Shown here: positions 13,701-24,389 of the stretch, piece after piece
Layout of the letters: every line of letters starts with the position of its first letter
Numbering within the stretch: the first letter of the stretch is position 1
Assembly: GCA_036172245.1 (NCBI GenBank)
Contig: JAYWIR010000003.1
Coordinates: 3,720,001 to 3,784,000, forward strand
DNA length: 64,000 nucleotides
Origin: Raillietiella orientalis
Lineage: Eukaryota
Direction of reading: 5' to 3'
The notes under the pieces: model-generated
Database searches by the model: none
Told to the model about the DNA's origin: nothing
Seen by the model: only the letters and a program-made list of their open reading frames with translations
Made by a program: the position numbers and the translations under genes

Positions 13701-14447
13701 GGGTTCGGGTCGAGAAGAGATGCTGACGCACCGCTCTCATGCTGCAGGCACGACAGCTCTGCAGTCGAAGGATTCCTCGGGCGCCCAGGACAGGAGAAGG
13801 AGCTCCCGAGGGGTCATCCCGAAGGCGAAGATCAAATCCATCAAGATGACCTTTTTCATCGTGTTCGGTGAGTCTCTCACGCGGAAGGGCTCCTTCCCCG
13901 CCGCCTCTCCCTCTCGCCTGAGGCGTTGCTGCCGGGCGCCTGTATCCTCAGCGTCCTGCCTCGTGCCGCAGGGACAGAGCTTGTGGGACCGCGACGGCAC
14001 CTCTTCCTGGCAGCAGGTGCCGTTTGTACCCCGTGAGGTGTCATGCGCAGACTCCTCGACAGGTGCTGTCCCTAGAGGAGCCCGGAGGCACATGCCCTCG
14101 GGGGAAGGGACGAGCGACCCAGAGAGGCCGGTCGACTGACCTGAAGCGCTCCATCCATTCCAGTGTTCGTGCTCTGCTGGAGTCCCTACATCGTCTTCGC
14201 GCTGCTCCAGGTGTACAGCAACATTCCGAAGACGCAGACCAACAACGCTGTGGCGACCTTCATCCAGAGCTTCGCTCACCTCAACTCGGCCGCCAACCCC
14301 TTCATCTACTGCCTCTTCTCCAGCAACTCCTGTGTGCTGAGGTGAGCGCCCCGGAAGGAACTCCCTCCAGCGGAGGCGACACCCGACCGCGTCTTCCTCT
14401 CGTGCTCCAGGAACCTCTGCAAGAAGCTGTTCAGACACGACAGGTGA
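1661..14447 (+). CDS. CCAP-R: CCAP (cardioacceleratory peptide) receptor-like class A GPCR, spliced gene, 5'-partial
   Basis: Join 1661-1793, 8819-8922, 9514-9607, 10561-10656, 12129-12314, 13748-13867, 14164-14341, 14411-14447. All introns are GT-AG and exon phases match (1,0,1,1,1,1,2). The product has 7 TM segments, [43 protein letters not shown] and NSAANPFIY, all typical of CCAP/NPS-type receptors. Confidence 0.93.
5100..5960 (-). mobile_element. Degenerate LINE ORF1-like fragment in CCAP-R intron 1 (paralogous to about 7900-8330)
   Basis: 5500-5760 aligns by eye with 8070-8310. The minus strand carries a knuckle-like relic [17 protein letters not shown]. Boundaries are approximate. Confidence 0.45.
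7300..8400 (-). mobile_element. Degenerate LINE ORF1-like fragment in CCAP-R intron 1
   Basis: Second diverged copy of the 5500-5760 segment (cctttcgctg.tcctc.aggagtccgag.aatcgt...). Contains stops and frameshifts. Boundaries are approximate. Confidence 0.4.
8819..8922 (+). CDS. CCAP-R: CCAP receptor exon (TM2-ECL1-TM3 start)
   Basis: tctttcag acceptor and cag/gtagga donor. [35 protein letters not shown]. Confidence 0.93.
9514..9607 (+). CDS. CCAP-R: CCAP receptor exon (TM3, DRY)
   Basis: Long polypyrimidine tract plus cag acceptor, t/gtacgt donor. [31 protein letters not shown]. Confidence 0.94.
10561..10656 (+). CDS. CCAP-R: CCAP receptor exon (TM4)
   Basis: tttccag acceptor and g/gtaagg donor. 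[32 protein letters not shown]. Confidence 0.93.
12129..12314 (+). CDS. CCAP-R: CCAP receptor exon (ECL2-TM5)
   Basis: ttcttcag acceptor and a/gtaagt donor. [45 protein letters not shown]... Confidence 0.94.
13748..13867 (+). CDS. CCAP-R: CCAP receptor exon (ICL3-TM6 start)
   Basis: gctgcag acceptor (phase-compatible) and g/gtgagt donor. [40 protein letters not shown]. Confidence 0.88.
14164..14341 (+). CDS. CCAP-R: CCAP receptor exon (TM6-TM7)
   Basis: ccattccag acceptor and ag/gtgagc donor. [54 protein letters not shown]. Confidence 0.94.
14411..14447 (+). CDS. CCAP-R: CCAP receptor probable last coding exon (short C-tail)
   Basis: Follows a 69-nt intron ending ctccag. Reads [12 protein letters not shown] then TGA. 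An overlapping cag/gtgatg donor makes the true C-terminus uncertain. Confidence 0.65.
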
Positions 14448-16118
14448 TGAGACTCCGCGGATGGGCGCACGGACGAGGCTCCTCAACCTCCTGGCGTCTC
14501 GGCAGGAAGCGCCCCACGCGGAGCCCGTCGTCAAGGACGACGGGAAAAGATCCCACTCGGAACGCCGGTTTGCCTCCTCTCCGAAGTCGCGCCCACTGCC
14601 CCTGTCGATGCGCAATGCGCTGCCCACTCTGGGAATGTCCACGTGCCTGGCGATGGAAGCTGGGAGCTGGGAGGTCACATCTCACCCATCCATCACAGAA
14701 GAAAGGGCGCCTCCGATTCCAGGGAACCGGAGGGGCCATTCCCAGAGAACGGCGTTCTCGCGCGGCGGCAAATAAACGAAGAATCCCTTTTTTTTTCTTT
14801 CTTCTTCTTCCTTCGTTTTTCCCTTTTCCCTGCCCGTCTCCGTTGCCCAGCAAAGCAGAGATGGGATGGGATCCCACCCCAGCTCGAGCGTGCCTATCTT
14901 GGAGTACTTCCGGGAGGAGCGCAGGTCCTCGGAGCACCTCCTGCGGAAGTCCCTTTTCCTAAAGACGCGGGAGTATCGGAAGGGACGGAACTGCTCCGGC
15001 AGGGGTGGCATCAGGGTGTGAGGATCTGAGCGCACGGCGGTTTCTGATCCGTGCGCGCTTTGGCTGTGTGGTCCGGTATCCCAGCACCGAGAGAAAGCGC
15101 GGCCGTGGGTCTCCATAGTGTCCGTGCCCGCTCCCTCGCGACCCGGGATGCGCCGTCCCTCCTGCTGACACTGCAGCCTGAGGACACGCGAGATGAGAGA
15201 CCCCTCGTCTGTCCTCACGCGTCGAAACGCTCCCTTTGGCCGGAAGAGGAATTCCCTCCCCCTCTTCCCCATCGGCGAGGCATACCGCATGCGCCCTCCC
15301 GCAGGGGGGAAACAGAAGCGACCGACTCGTGAGAGGGCCAGGGAGGCTCCGCCGGAGGTCACGGGACTTCGGCCGGTAGTCCCACGAGCCGCTTGGGAGT
15401 CGAATCGGATCTCTGGCTTCCATCCAAAGAGGGGAGAGGGGGAATAGGGAAGACACGTTTTCTCTTCGATCTGGGGGAAGCTCCCTCCCACTTGGACTGG
15501 GTGAACGCAGGCGGAAGAGGCAACGCAAACTGAGCCTCGCTGACGACCACTTTGCGGCGGTTCAGCCCGACGATAACTTCCAGGTCATCTTCGGGGAAGA
15601 GGGCCCACGTCTGGAATTTCAGAGTGATGAAAAGGGCAGCTCGCGATCTCCAGTTACCGTTGTCGAGGCAGCAGGAAACTTTTGTCTCGCCCGGAAGTGC
15701 TCTTTCACCTTCCAGTGTTGTGCCCACGGGCAGCCCCGCTGTCCTTGAAGTGAGCGAAGATGGGAGGTCTCGGGCACTCTTTCCTGCTCGCAGCCACCGC
15801 CATCCCTGTCATTCACTTGACTTCGTCTTAAGAAAATTCCCATTGCTTAACATCCGAACACATATGCTAATGTGCCTTACGTTCTTGCCATCCAGAAACT
15901 GGATTAAAGGTGTGGAAGAGCTGATCACGATGCATCGAAGACTTCGCATGCTGTATTTTTCGAGAGAGTCCTCAGTATCTGTGGCAAGCAAGGCGGAAAT
16001 TCCAGCTGTTTCTTTTCATAAGATGCCTACTTGTATGAGAAACAGCTTCCGACGGCTCAAGGAAACACCAGGGAAAAGCCATTTCGCATGCCCAAGTGGA
16101 CATGAGCAAGCTTCTTAA

Positions 16119-16794
16119 CCCTTTGGGTGCGGAGTTCATCAGATTGAAACGTTCCGTGTTGACGGCACGCGAGTCACAGCTGCGATCTCGGTGGACGGAA
16201 CGCTTTTTCGCGTACCGCGTGCTCTATCAGAGGTGCCATCGATTGACTTTATCTGAAGTGCTGATTAATGTTGCTATTGTAATTGTTTGTTTACACTACA
16301 TTAAATAAAATACTTTCAGTTTTCCCAAACATTTCTTGTCTATATTTGGCTATTCTATTATCTGTGATGCCTTTCATATCTTCGGAGTCAGATAACTATG
16401 AAAACCACAGGGATATTTTCCCAATTTCACCGTCACATTCTTCATTCGAATCCGACTCTTCACCCATGTCGCCGTCGTCTCTTGCAATAATCTCTCCAAA
16501 ATTATTCGACATTTTAAAGATATTACGAAGATAAAAAAAAAAAACAATATAATAAATTACATACGACACCGGGAAAACCGAGAATCGTTAGCCGATATAA
16601 ATAGAATTTTGTTTACTTTCGTTGCCAAGGGAATCATAAGAACACGTAAGTGCATGCATCCATCTCAAACATGGATAGCGTTAACGTGTGTCGCGAGTAT
16701 AAGGTAAGAACATTTGCCAAACGCATGGATGCGTCCATGGTCCACGGCGATAATGCTTGCCGAATACATATGTGCGTCCACGGCACTCAAAGGC
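16119..16794 (-). mobile_element. piggyBac-like non-autonomous DNA transposon
   Basis: TTAA on both sides (16115-16118, 16795-16798). Imperfect TIRs CCCTTTGGGTGC ... GCACTCAAAGGC. AT-rich interior carries a short acidic minus-strand peptide MSNNFGEIIARDDGDMGEESDSNEECDGE, like a transposase N-terminus. Confidence 0.75.
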
Positions 16795-17429
16795 TTAAAA
16801 TCCGCGCTGCCGTTTTGAATTTGGGGTCTCAGTTCTCGTTCGAATTTTCGAGTTGATGCTTGACGAAGATCAGAATCACTGGATAAGTTGCCACTCGTCC
16901 GAGCTCATACGGTCATGAACGAAGGATAGATAAATAGCGATTTACTGCGTGGGGTCCATTGCTGGGTTGCACGCTGAAATCACTTCTGTTCCGATTTCTT
17001 GAATCGGAGTCAGATTTGTCCGATTCGTAGTCGTAGCTGCTAGAGCCCGGACAAATTTCAAGCAACGACGTCGTGGCCTCTACCGCGTACCTCCGACTTT
17101 GGTCGACGGACTGATTATGGGAAGTTTGCTGCAAACATTCGCAACAAGAAACGTCAGAAGCATCACAAAAAAAACAAAAACAAAAAAAAATCACGGTGTT
17201 GTCCAAACTATCGGATGAGCAACAGCAAGAGTCTCGTCCATTCTTTGCAGCCTTCGATCCCATCGCAGATCTCGTGCATCAGAACGCAGCAGCCTTCTTG
17301 GGAGTCCGAACAGCTGAACTCCCTATTAAGACGACAGTCTCATCTGCTGTTCGGCATGGTGCGCTGAAAAATGGCTCCAAGCTGCAGAGGAGCGACTCTC
17401 TTTCCCACCCAGGACAGACTTCGATGATG

Positions 17430-18955
17430 GAGATCATCCCGGGTTCTTCTAGTTCCCTGTTTCCCTTTCGGTTTTTTTTGTGCTTTTTTTCAGGGTCTTT
17501 TTTTTCGTTCTCAAGTGCTCAAGAACCGTTCTCCCTCTCAGGGGAGGCTCATTAGACCCTTTGACGCCATCCACTCCACCCGAAGGTGCGTGTCACTCTT
17601 CAAGTTATAGGGGGGCAACCGTGTAAGGACCACCCTATGAATCCAGGAAGGCTCCATTCCTATTGCTCTTGGGAGGGACCTCTCTTGTTCTCTCCAGACG
17701 GACCCCCGCAAAGGAACCGTTCTTTGTTGCTCCCCTGAAGAGAACCCGCAAGGTACTCCCCGAAGGGGGAAGCGCACTTCTGGCACTTTAGAGAGGAGAT
17801 CCCCCGAAAGGGGTATCAACCAGCTCCATGGTCCCCCTTTCGAGGTGAGTGAACGGCTCCGGAGCGGGAGGGTGACCCCAAAGGGAATCAACGGTACTGG
17901 CGAGGCAGAGTACATCTGCCTACGGAACAGCAGATACGCCCGCCAGTCGCTGAAGGAGATCCTAGGGAACACCAGGAATCTGATGTCGGCCTCGTCCACT
18001 TCCTTCGCCCCAGTGCTGCCCTTCCTAAGGGAATCAATGAACAGTCCACTTCCAGAGAAGTGGGAAGTGACCTGTGTGATAGGGAGCAGAAAAAAACTTC
18101 TGGGTGTATGGACAACTTGTTCCAATTTTAGTATATGTACCGCCGAAGCAGGTATGCCAAACTTGGGAGCCGGCGGACGCTGCGACCCCGAGTGCCCCAC
18201 CAAAAGGACTGCTACGCTAGGGAGAGCTGCTACAAATTCCTCCGGAGGAGATACAGTGGCACCCAGCGTGCTGGAGTAATGCAACCATCCCCTAAAGTGA
18301 CAGGACGTTGCGGCCCTGCTGTTGCACTGGGACCTCCCGTGCAACTCCTACCGACACCAATGGACCCGGGATGGTGCAAGCCCCAACTGCAGCAGGTGCG
18401 ACGGAAGAGTCTCTCCCGCGCCTCCTCATGGGTTGTGTTACCCTGCTCCCTTTGTGGGAACGCTTTGCCGCGTCCCGGCAGAACCCCACAGACAACCTCA
18501 GAGACGTTTCCTGCGCAACGCCTTCACGCCGTCCTCATTCCCAGCAGCACTTTGCTGCCTACGCGGGATCGTGGCTGCATGGAGTAACGCAAGAGGAGGC
18601 TACAATGATAGGAACGACATCTATCTCGCCTTCCTCTTCATGAGAATAGTGTCAAGATGGCTTCATCTGGGATTCCAAATCAGGAACTTGCCGGCATCCT
18701 TACATGGATGCAGAGGCCACTTGCCAGCACATAGTGATCCCTTCCCAAACCCTTCCCCCTTCCCCAATTTTTTGCAATTTTTTGTTAATTTTGTTATTTT
18801 TTTCTTTTTGTTTGTCTCCTCTTCCCCTGTGCTGCCGTGGCGAACCTCGCCGGCCTGAGCACCGGTTTTCGGCAGGCTTTTTCTGTACATTTTGTAACGT
18901 GGAAGGATCACTCATTTTGCCAATGACTTCTAAGTTTTATTTTTAATAAATAAAC
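17430..18955 (+). mobile_element. L1/Tx1-like LINE copy, internally deleted (5' UTR + ORF1 start joined to ORF2 C-terminus + 3' UTR)
   Basis: T-rich 5' part and ccctATGAATCCAGGAAGG at 17637, shared with 20318, 24593 and 61046(-). From about 18000 it aligns with 61660-62500 (PVLPFLRES..WEVTC....KKLLGVWTT; HQWTR...CSRC). 3' hairpin at 18831 and AATAAA at 18945. Confidence 0.72.
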
Positions 18956-20189
18956 GGTCCTGCGTGACTGGGTGCGAATCCGAGGGAGACCGAATCCTTG
19001 GTTCCTGGGAGGGCCCTGGAGGGGCCAGTCAACGGGGGCATCCGGTTTCCGGCTTTCTGGCAAGGTGGGCTTCGAGAGAGCACCCGCTCTCCGGAAGGTT
19101 TATCACTTGGGACTGTCCTTACCGACCAGTTGGCACCAAATTCAAGCGGTTTCACTGGCGGACAGCCTCGGATCAGCTCTCACCCGGTGCCCGGAACGAA
19201 GTCGGCTTCACCCCGCCACGTCCCTCCCCTCTTCCGGTGAGGGAGGATCGACTGCCCGCTGATGGAGGTGGCCGACTGCTGAGACTCGGACGTCCATACC
19301 TCCGCCTGCTGCCTCTTGAGATTCCCCGACACTTTCCGGATGGCCTCACTCAAGGCCTCTTCTCGGAGTTCTTTCAGCGGGTTGCGTGGGCGGAGTCGGG
19401 AAGCCGCCTCTGGCTGAAGAGCCGATCGGTGGGCCGGTCGAGACTGATGGGCAGGCCCTTTTGAGGATGAATTGCACCCCATCCCGGAGTGGCGATGTTC
19501 TTGAAGGAAAATCTAACGCCTGCAGCTCCTTGCCTGCAAGGACGACGCCACCGGCGAGTTGATGCCAAAGAAAGCGTCTTCGCTGCCCCCTAGACTCGGC
19601 TGCTCCTTATTCCCCTTCCCAACTACCCCTACTCCCTTCCCCCCGTAAAGGCACGGGAAGCCTTTTTAGACTTTTCTGCGAAGTGCCCCTCCCCGGGCCG
19701 AAGGCGGCTCGCCAGGGGTCGGTCCTTCACTCCCCATGAGGAGGACATAGCAGGCCAGAGTTTGCCTGCCAGCGCTGACCGCGCAGAGTCGGCAAGGAGA
19801 CGGAAGATACCTGCCTCTCCTGGCCGGGAGCCAGGAGAATGCCTCTCCCTTTCATCTCCAGATGACCAGGAGACGAGTGATCCTCGCCACCGCAGCCCAT
19901 TCCAGAGTTTCCTTCGAAATAGGCAGGGAGGAAGGCGCGTCTAAGAAAACCGGACCAAAGGCCTCGTCCGGCGCCCCACGCCCTCGTTGCCGCGTGAGGA
20001 AGTGGTCTCCAGCAAACTTCCCCCGTGTTTTCAGCGGATTCCGAGGAGCGCTTCGCCCTTTGCTCTTTGGGGATTCAAACAGCGTCTGAGACTAGCTGCA
20101 TCCCTGTCTGTCCTGGCACGCAACGGAAGGAGGCCCATTTGCACATCTGTACAAGCAGCATACATATGCAGAGAATGAGTACTCGCATC

Positions 20190-20880
20190 TACTCTCTGAG
20201 TACCTCAGGAACCGTCGTACGGCTGGAGGCCCACGCGGCTCTTTCACACTGTTCCACGCCACCTGAGGGTGAGTGGAACTCTTCAAGATAGGGGGTATCC
20301 CGGGATGGAACCGCCCTATGAATCCAGGAAGGACTTTGGAGAAGGGAGTCCGTTCCTCTCACGCCTGGGGTGGAATCCCTGAAAGGAAATCTTCACCCGA
20401 AAGGAAACCCGAAGGGGTTTGCTTTATTTTTTCTTCCCCGAAGGGAATCCGCAAGGAAACCTCTCTTGTTTCCCCATGTGAAGAGAATCTCGAAGAGATG
20501 CTTCCGAATTTTCTTAGAAGGGAGCTCCCCGAAGGGAGAGACACGCTACTCTGCACGCTGGAGAGGTATCGATCCACCAGCTCCATGGTGCACGATGGTG
20601 ATGGAAAGTTCCCCCGAGAGAAGGAGGGTATGGCTCCTTCCCACAACCGGAGGGTAACCTTGGAGTAAAGCACGGGAAGTTTATTTATTTCCTGGAAGGA
20701 CCTGGATGTTCGACTTGCAGTTCCGGTCACTCATCAGGGACATAAGGTTTGAACGCTACCAGTGCTGCACCTGAATACAGGCCAACCAGCGTCATCTTGC
20801 AGCAGGAACTCGAACCCACGACGCACCCATTTTCCGGCGTCGATTCTTTCAGAGTATTCGAAACCCGCGACGCCTGGTGC
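20190..20880 (+). mobile_element. L1/Tx1-like LINE 5' fragment (MNPGR family)
   Basis: Contains actcttcaag...ccctATGAATCCAGGAAGG (ATG 20318), cagctccatgg, gaaggacc.ggatg and aggccaaccagcgtcatctt...gaactcgaac, all shared with other copies. Confidence 0.7.
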
Positions 20881-23749
20881 CACGCGCGGAGACCCTGACC
20901 ACGTGGCCTCTGACGCGGAATGTACATTTGTGAAGACGGTACGCTTACCCGGTGGATCTTCCTCGTACACTCTGCAGCAGTCACAGAAGTTTACTGCAGA
21001 GACGCTGACGCTCTTGTGACGCGTCTGTGGTGTACTCGCACATCTCGCCGTCGCCTTCAAGGATGCCATTTCCATCCCTCCCATTGTTGCAAGAATTCCT
21101 ATTGTTTCGAGTTTCCATTGTTGCCTCATCGGTTCCATTGTTGCAATGTGTGTGTTTAACTCGCTATTGTTGCAGTGGCACAGAGGAGCCACGGATGTTT
21201 TACATTGGATAGCATTCCGTTCATGGCGTACAGTCACGTCAGGTAGTATGTGTTGCCATACAGATGAAGAAATCGCGAAGATCAACACATGGATACGCAT
21301 AGTTCTGCATAAGTATGGTCATGTATCGCGCCCTGTGTCAGACATAGTATGGGCATGGGTTGACTAATGGTATGGATGTCCTCCTGTCGTCCCAATAAGT
21401 AGGCCCACTGAGTGTAGCAACGAGCGGATCCCGACCTGCATCGTTGTGCTCCACCTCCCAGTGGGTGCATCGCCACCCAAGCTTTGCTCACTGGAGACAA
21501 TGTGACCGGAGAACGAGGATGCAGCTCTAACCTAACCCAACATAACCACACCTCACCAACCCCTTCTCAGCTGGGTTCAATGGGAAGGCGAATTTCGCTG
21601 CCAGTTCACAAGCCGGCAGATCCTCGGGGTCGTCGCCACGAAGGTCGTTGAGCCCTCGGGCAGAACTCAGGGAATGCGAGCTAAAGGAACCTCTCGGCTG
21701 AGGAGCCTCCACGCGCGAGCCCCGGGCAGGGCGATTGGGGCATTCGGCGCTTGCTGCACGATGTACGAAGGAAGGAGCCATCACGGTGGCAGGCTAGCCT
21801 TAGGGCAGAAGATAACGAGTTTGGGCGACGGAGCGTGCCCATTGAAGACGAGGGCGCGTTCTGCTGGCACCTGTCTTTTCCTCTTCCCCCTCTTCAGAAT
21901 GTGAGGAGACAAAACGGAAGTTGCCTGCGGCTTCGGTCGTTCGTTCTTTCCCTCGGTCTCGAGCACTCGTCTTTCGCTGCCCGGAAGCCACAAAATCCGC
22001 TGCCTTCGGGTACTGCCGCCACCCGTTCCCGCTCTTCCGATTCTCTCAAAGACTTTCCCCAAAAAAACGCGACGGGATGGGAAATTCCTTCTTGTTCCTC
22101 CATGCAAGCAAGACGGCTTGCGGGAAACGCCGAGGTTCCCTGCATGCGATTGGCTGCTCTCGTGGGAACCGGCTCAAAAGAGATGTGCGTGTTGCTGGCT
22201 GGGCAAGACTGGCTGGATTAAAGGATCGTGCGCAAATGAGGTCTTAAGCACGCGAGAGGAGAGAGCACCTGTGGAAGTCCCTGGGATTATGAGGATGTTT
22301 GCAAACGGCAATCCTCATTGCCGGCGGCGCATCTGGATCGAGGCAAATCCCTGCTCTTTGCCCTTTGATCTTTTCGTTTATTACCATTCTCCCTTTTCCT
22401 CCATTCAAGAACCTGCTACCAGCGAACGGGGATGAGTCTTCTGTTCCTCCACCTCCTCCTCTTATTTGCGGATGAGGAAGAAAGAAGGCTGTCGGCGTTG
22501 CTACGCAGCGGTAGGAACGAGGCTGCTTGTTTCCCTTCCTCACTGCAAACTTCCATCGTTCGCCTTCCTCGGGAATCTTCCCCGTCTGACCGTGTCTCTT
22601 CCAAGTGTCGACCGCTCCCTCAAAGAGGGTTTTTTTTTTCAAGGAGGAACGAAGAGTAGGGCGCTCCGGGAAACTCTCGAGAGCGGCGGACACTGCGATC
22701 GCCCTACACCGGCAGAATTGGGAGGTCTCTCTGGAACTCGGTTTGGCTCGCCGACGGAACCACTCATCGTCGCAGAACTGGGAAGATGCGCGGGTGCCGC
22801 AATGGCGGGACAGCCACGATTCTCTGAAAGGGCACGGCGTCCAGAGCCTCCAGGGGGAGACTTTCGAAGATTCTTCGGCGTTTCAAAAGCCAGCCGGCGG
22901 CGAGCTGATCCGTGCGTGTCGCTTCATGAGAAGAGACAGTGTAGAGTGGATGCTGCGGGATGGCCCAAAAGAGTGAAGATGGAAACCAAGGAGGCATTGG
23001 GGCTGATCGCTGTCACGACAGCGTCGCAAGAGCTGCTTCCACTTCTTTCCATTTCCACGGGGTTACTCCTCCAAACTGACCGGAAACCAGGAGAGTCATC
23101 GAAAGGCAGAAAGTCTTCCTGAAGCTTTTTCTCAAGAATCACCACGCGATTGATTATCACGGGTCTCTTCCAACTATACCCCTGAGCGCAGTCTGCGCTC
23201 TTTGCTTCACCGCAACTGATTGTCCCTCTGAGGACGGCAGAAGGCACGCCCAGCGGTTGCAGAAACTCGCCATGGCATTCGGCTTGGCGCATTGCGCAAG
23301 ACGCTTCCTCGGGATGGATGTTCAGGATGCTCTCCAAACACGTTAAGTTGTTGCCCTTGTGATCATCCTTGGCTATGCGGAACCCTGAGAAAACTTTGCC
23401 AGAAAAATCCTTTTCTCCCTAATACCATCTGCCGCTGGGGTTTCAGGGACCCTCCCCGTTGTGGTTCGGCAACGTGCAGCGCGTCGCACGCGCTGAACAG
23501 CATTTCTGCAGTTCATGCGTAGCAGCGTTCCTCTTCCACTCTCTGAAGCAGGCGCTTAACGGCTTTTGGTCTGAATGTGCCCTTCGACCATCGATGACGG
23601 TGAGCAGCCGCCGAGATCCGCCGCCGCCACTCGCGTGCTGTATGCCCTGCTCCCTCAACAGCTCATATTCCCGCTCCGAACTGTCAGGGAAAGGCTTAGA
23701 GTCATGCAAGAACCTGTAAAGACTGCGCGTAGTCATGTGCGATCGCGTT

Positions 23750-24385
23750 ATTTTCTTTAAAAGGCCAGTGGCGACCTCACAAGAAATGGTAACCATGGAA
23801 CTAGGATGATTATCACGCGGTCATGCCGGGGCATTTATTACATGAAGTAATAAAAAAACACTGGTGTGGTAGAACCGCTGTTGCTTGGAACCCCTCGCTT
23901 GGAACCTGCCGAAGACCGACATGCAGACCGGCGAGGTCCGCTTCGGCAGCGTGGGTAGAGGGGAAACAAAAGAATAAAATGAAGACACAAAAACAGGATA
24001 GGGGAAATTTTACACGGGAAGGGTGGAAGGACCGAGGGAGACACCACACTATTCTGCCAGGCGTTCTCTGTATCCTGTTTAGGATTCTGGCAAGTTCCGT
24101 TCGTATCTCGTCCAGGTGGGGCCATCTCGAGACGGCCTTCAGGAAGATCCGCGCCCAACGGATGGCGTCTCTGTCATTTCGGCCTCTTCTTCTGCCGTTT
24201 CATACCACCAGGATCCCGCGAAGACAGCAGACAACTGCGAGGAATGTGACTGGCGGCAGTGCGGCACCACTCACGAAGAGGCTTCCGAAAATGCCGCGCC
24301 TGGATTCCTAGAGTCGCCTTGAAGCGATCATCAAAGTCCTACAGCAGGTACGGGAGGTCCTCTGTGCCAGCATGCTGGGGGCCAC
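23750..24385 (-). mobile_element. L1/Tx1-like LINE 3' fragment
   Basis: 23897-24242 is the reverse complement of 62158-62503 with only 4 mismatches seen. Includes the 3' hairpin and AATAAA (tttatt at 23834). Confidence 0.85.
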
Positions 24386-24389
24386 TAAA

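Noticed and set aside
13737..14962. 313-aa minus and 312-aa plus ORFs across the last CCAP-R exons
   Set aside because: They run through introns and off-frame exons with no recognisable domain.
18960..19570. Possible LINE endonuclease relic on the minus strand (AAGVRFSFK; VPSDK)
   Set aside because: Motifs too degenerate to support as a feature without an HMM search.
21700..23000. Possible LINE ORF2 linker/RT relic on the plus strand
   Set aside because: Only vague resemblance and no intact catalytic motif.
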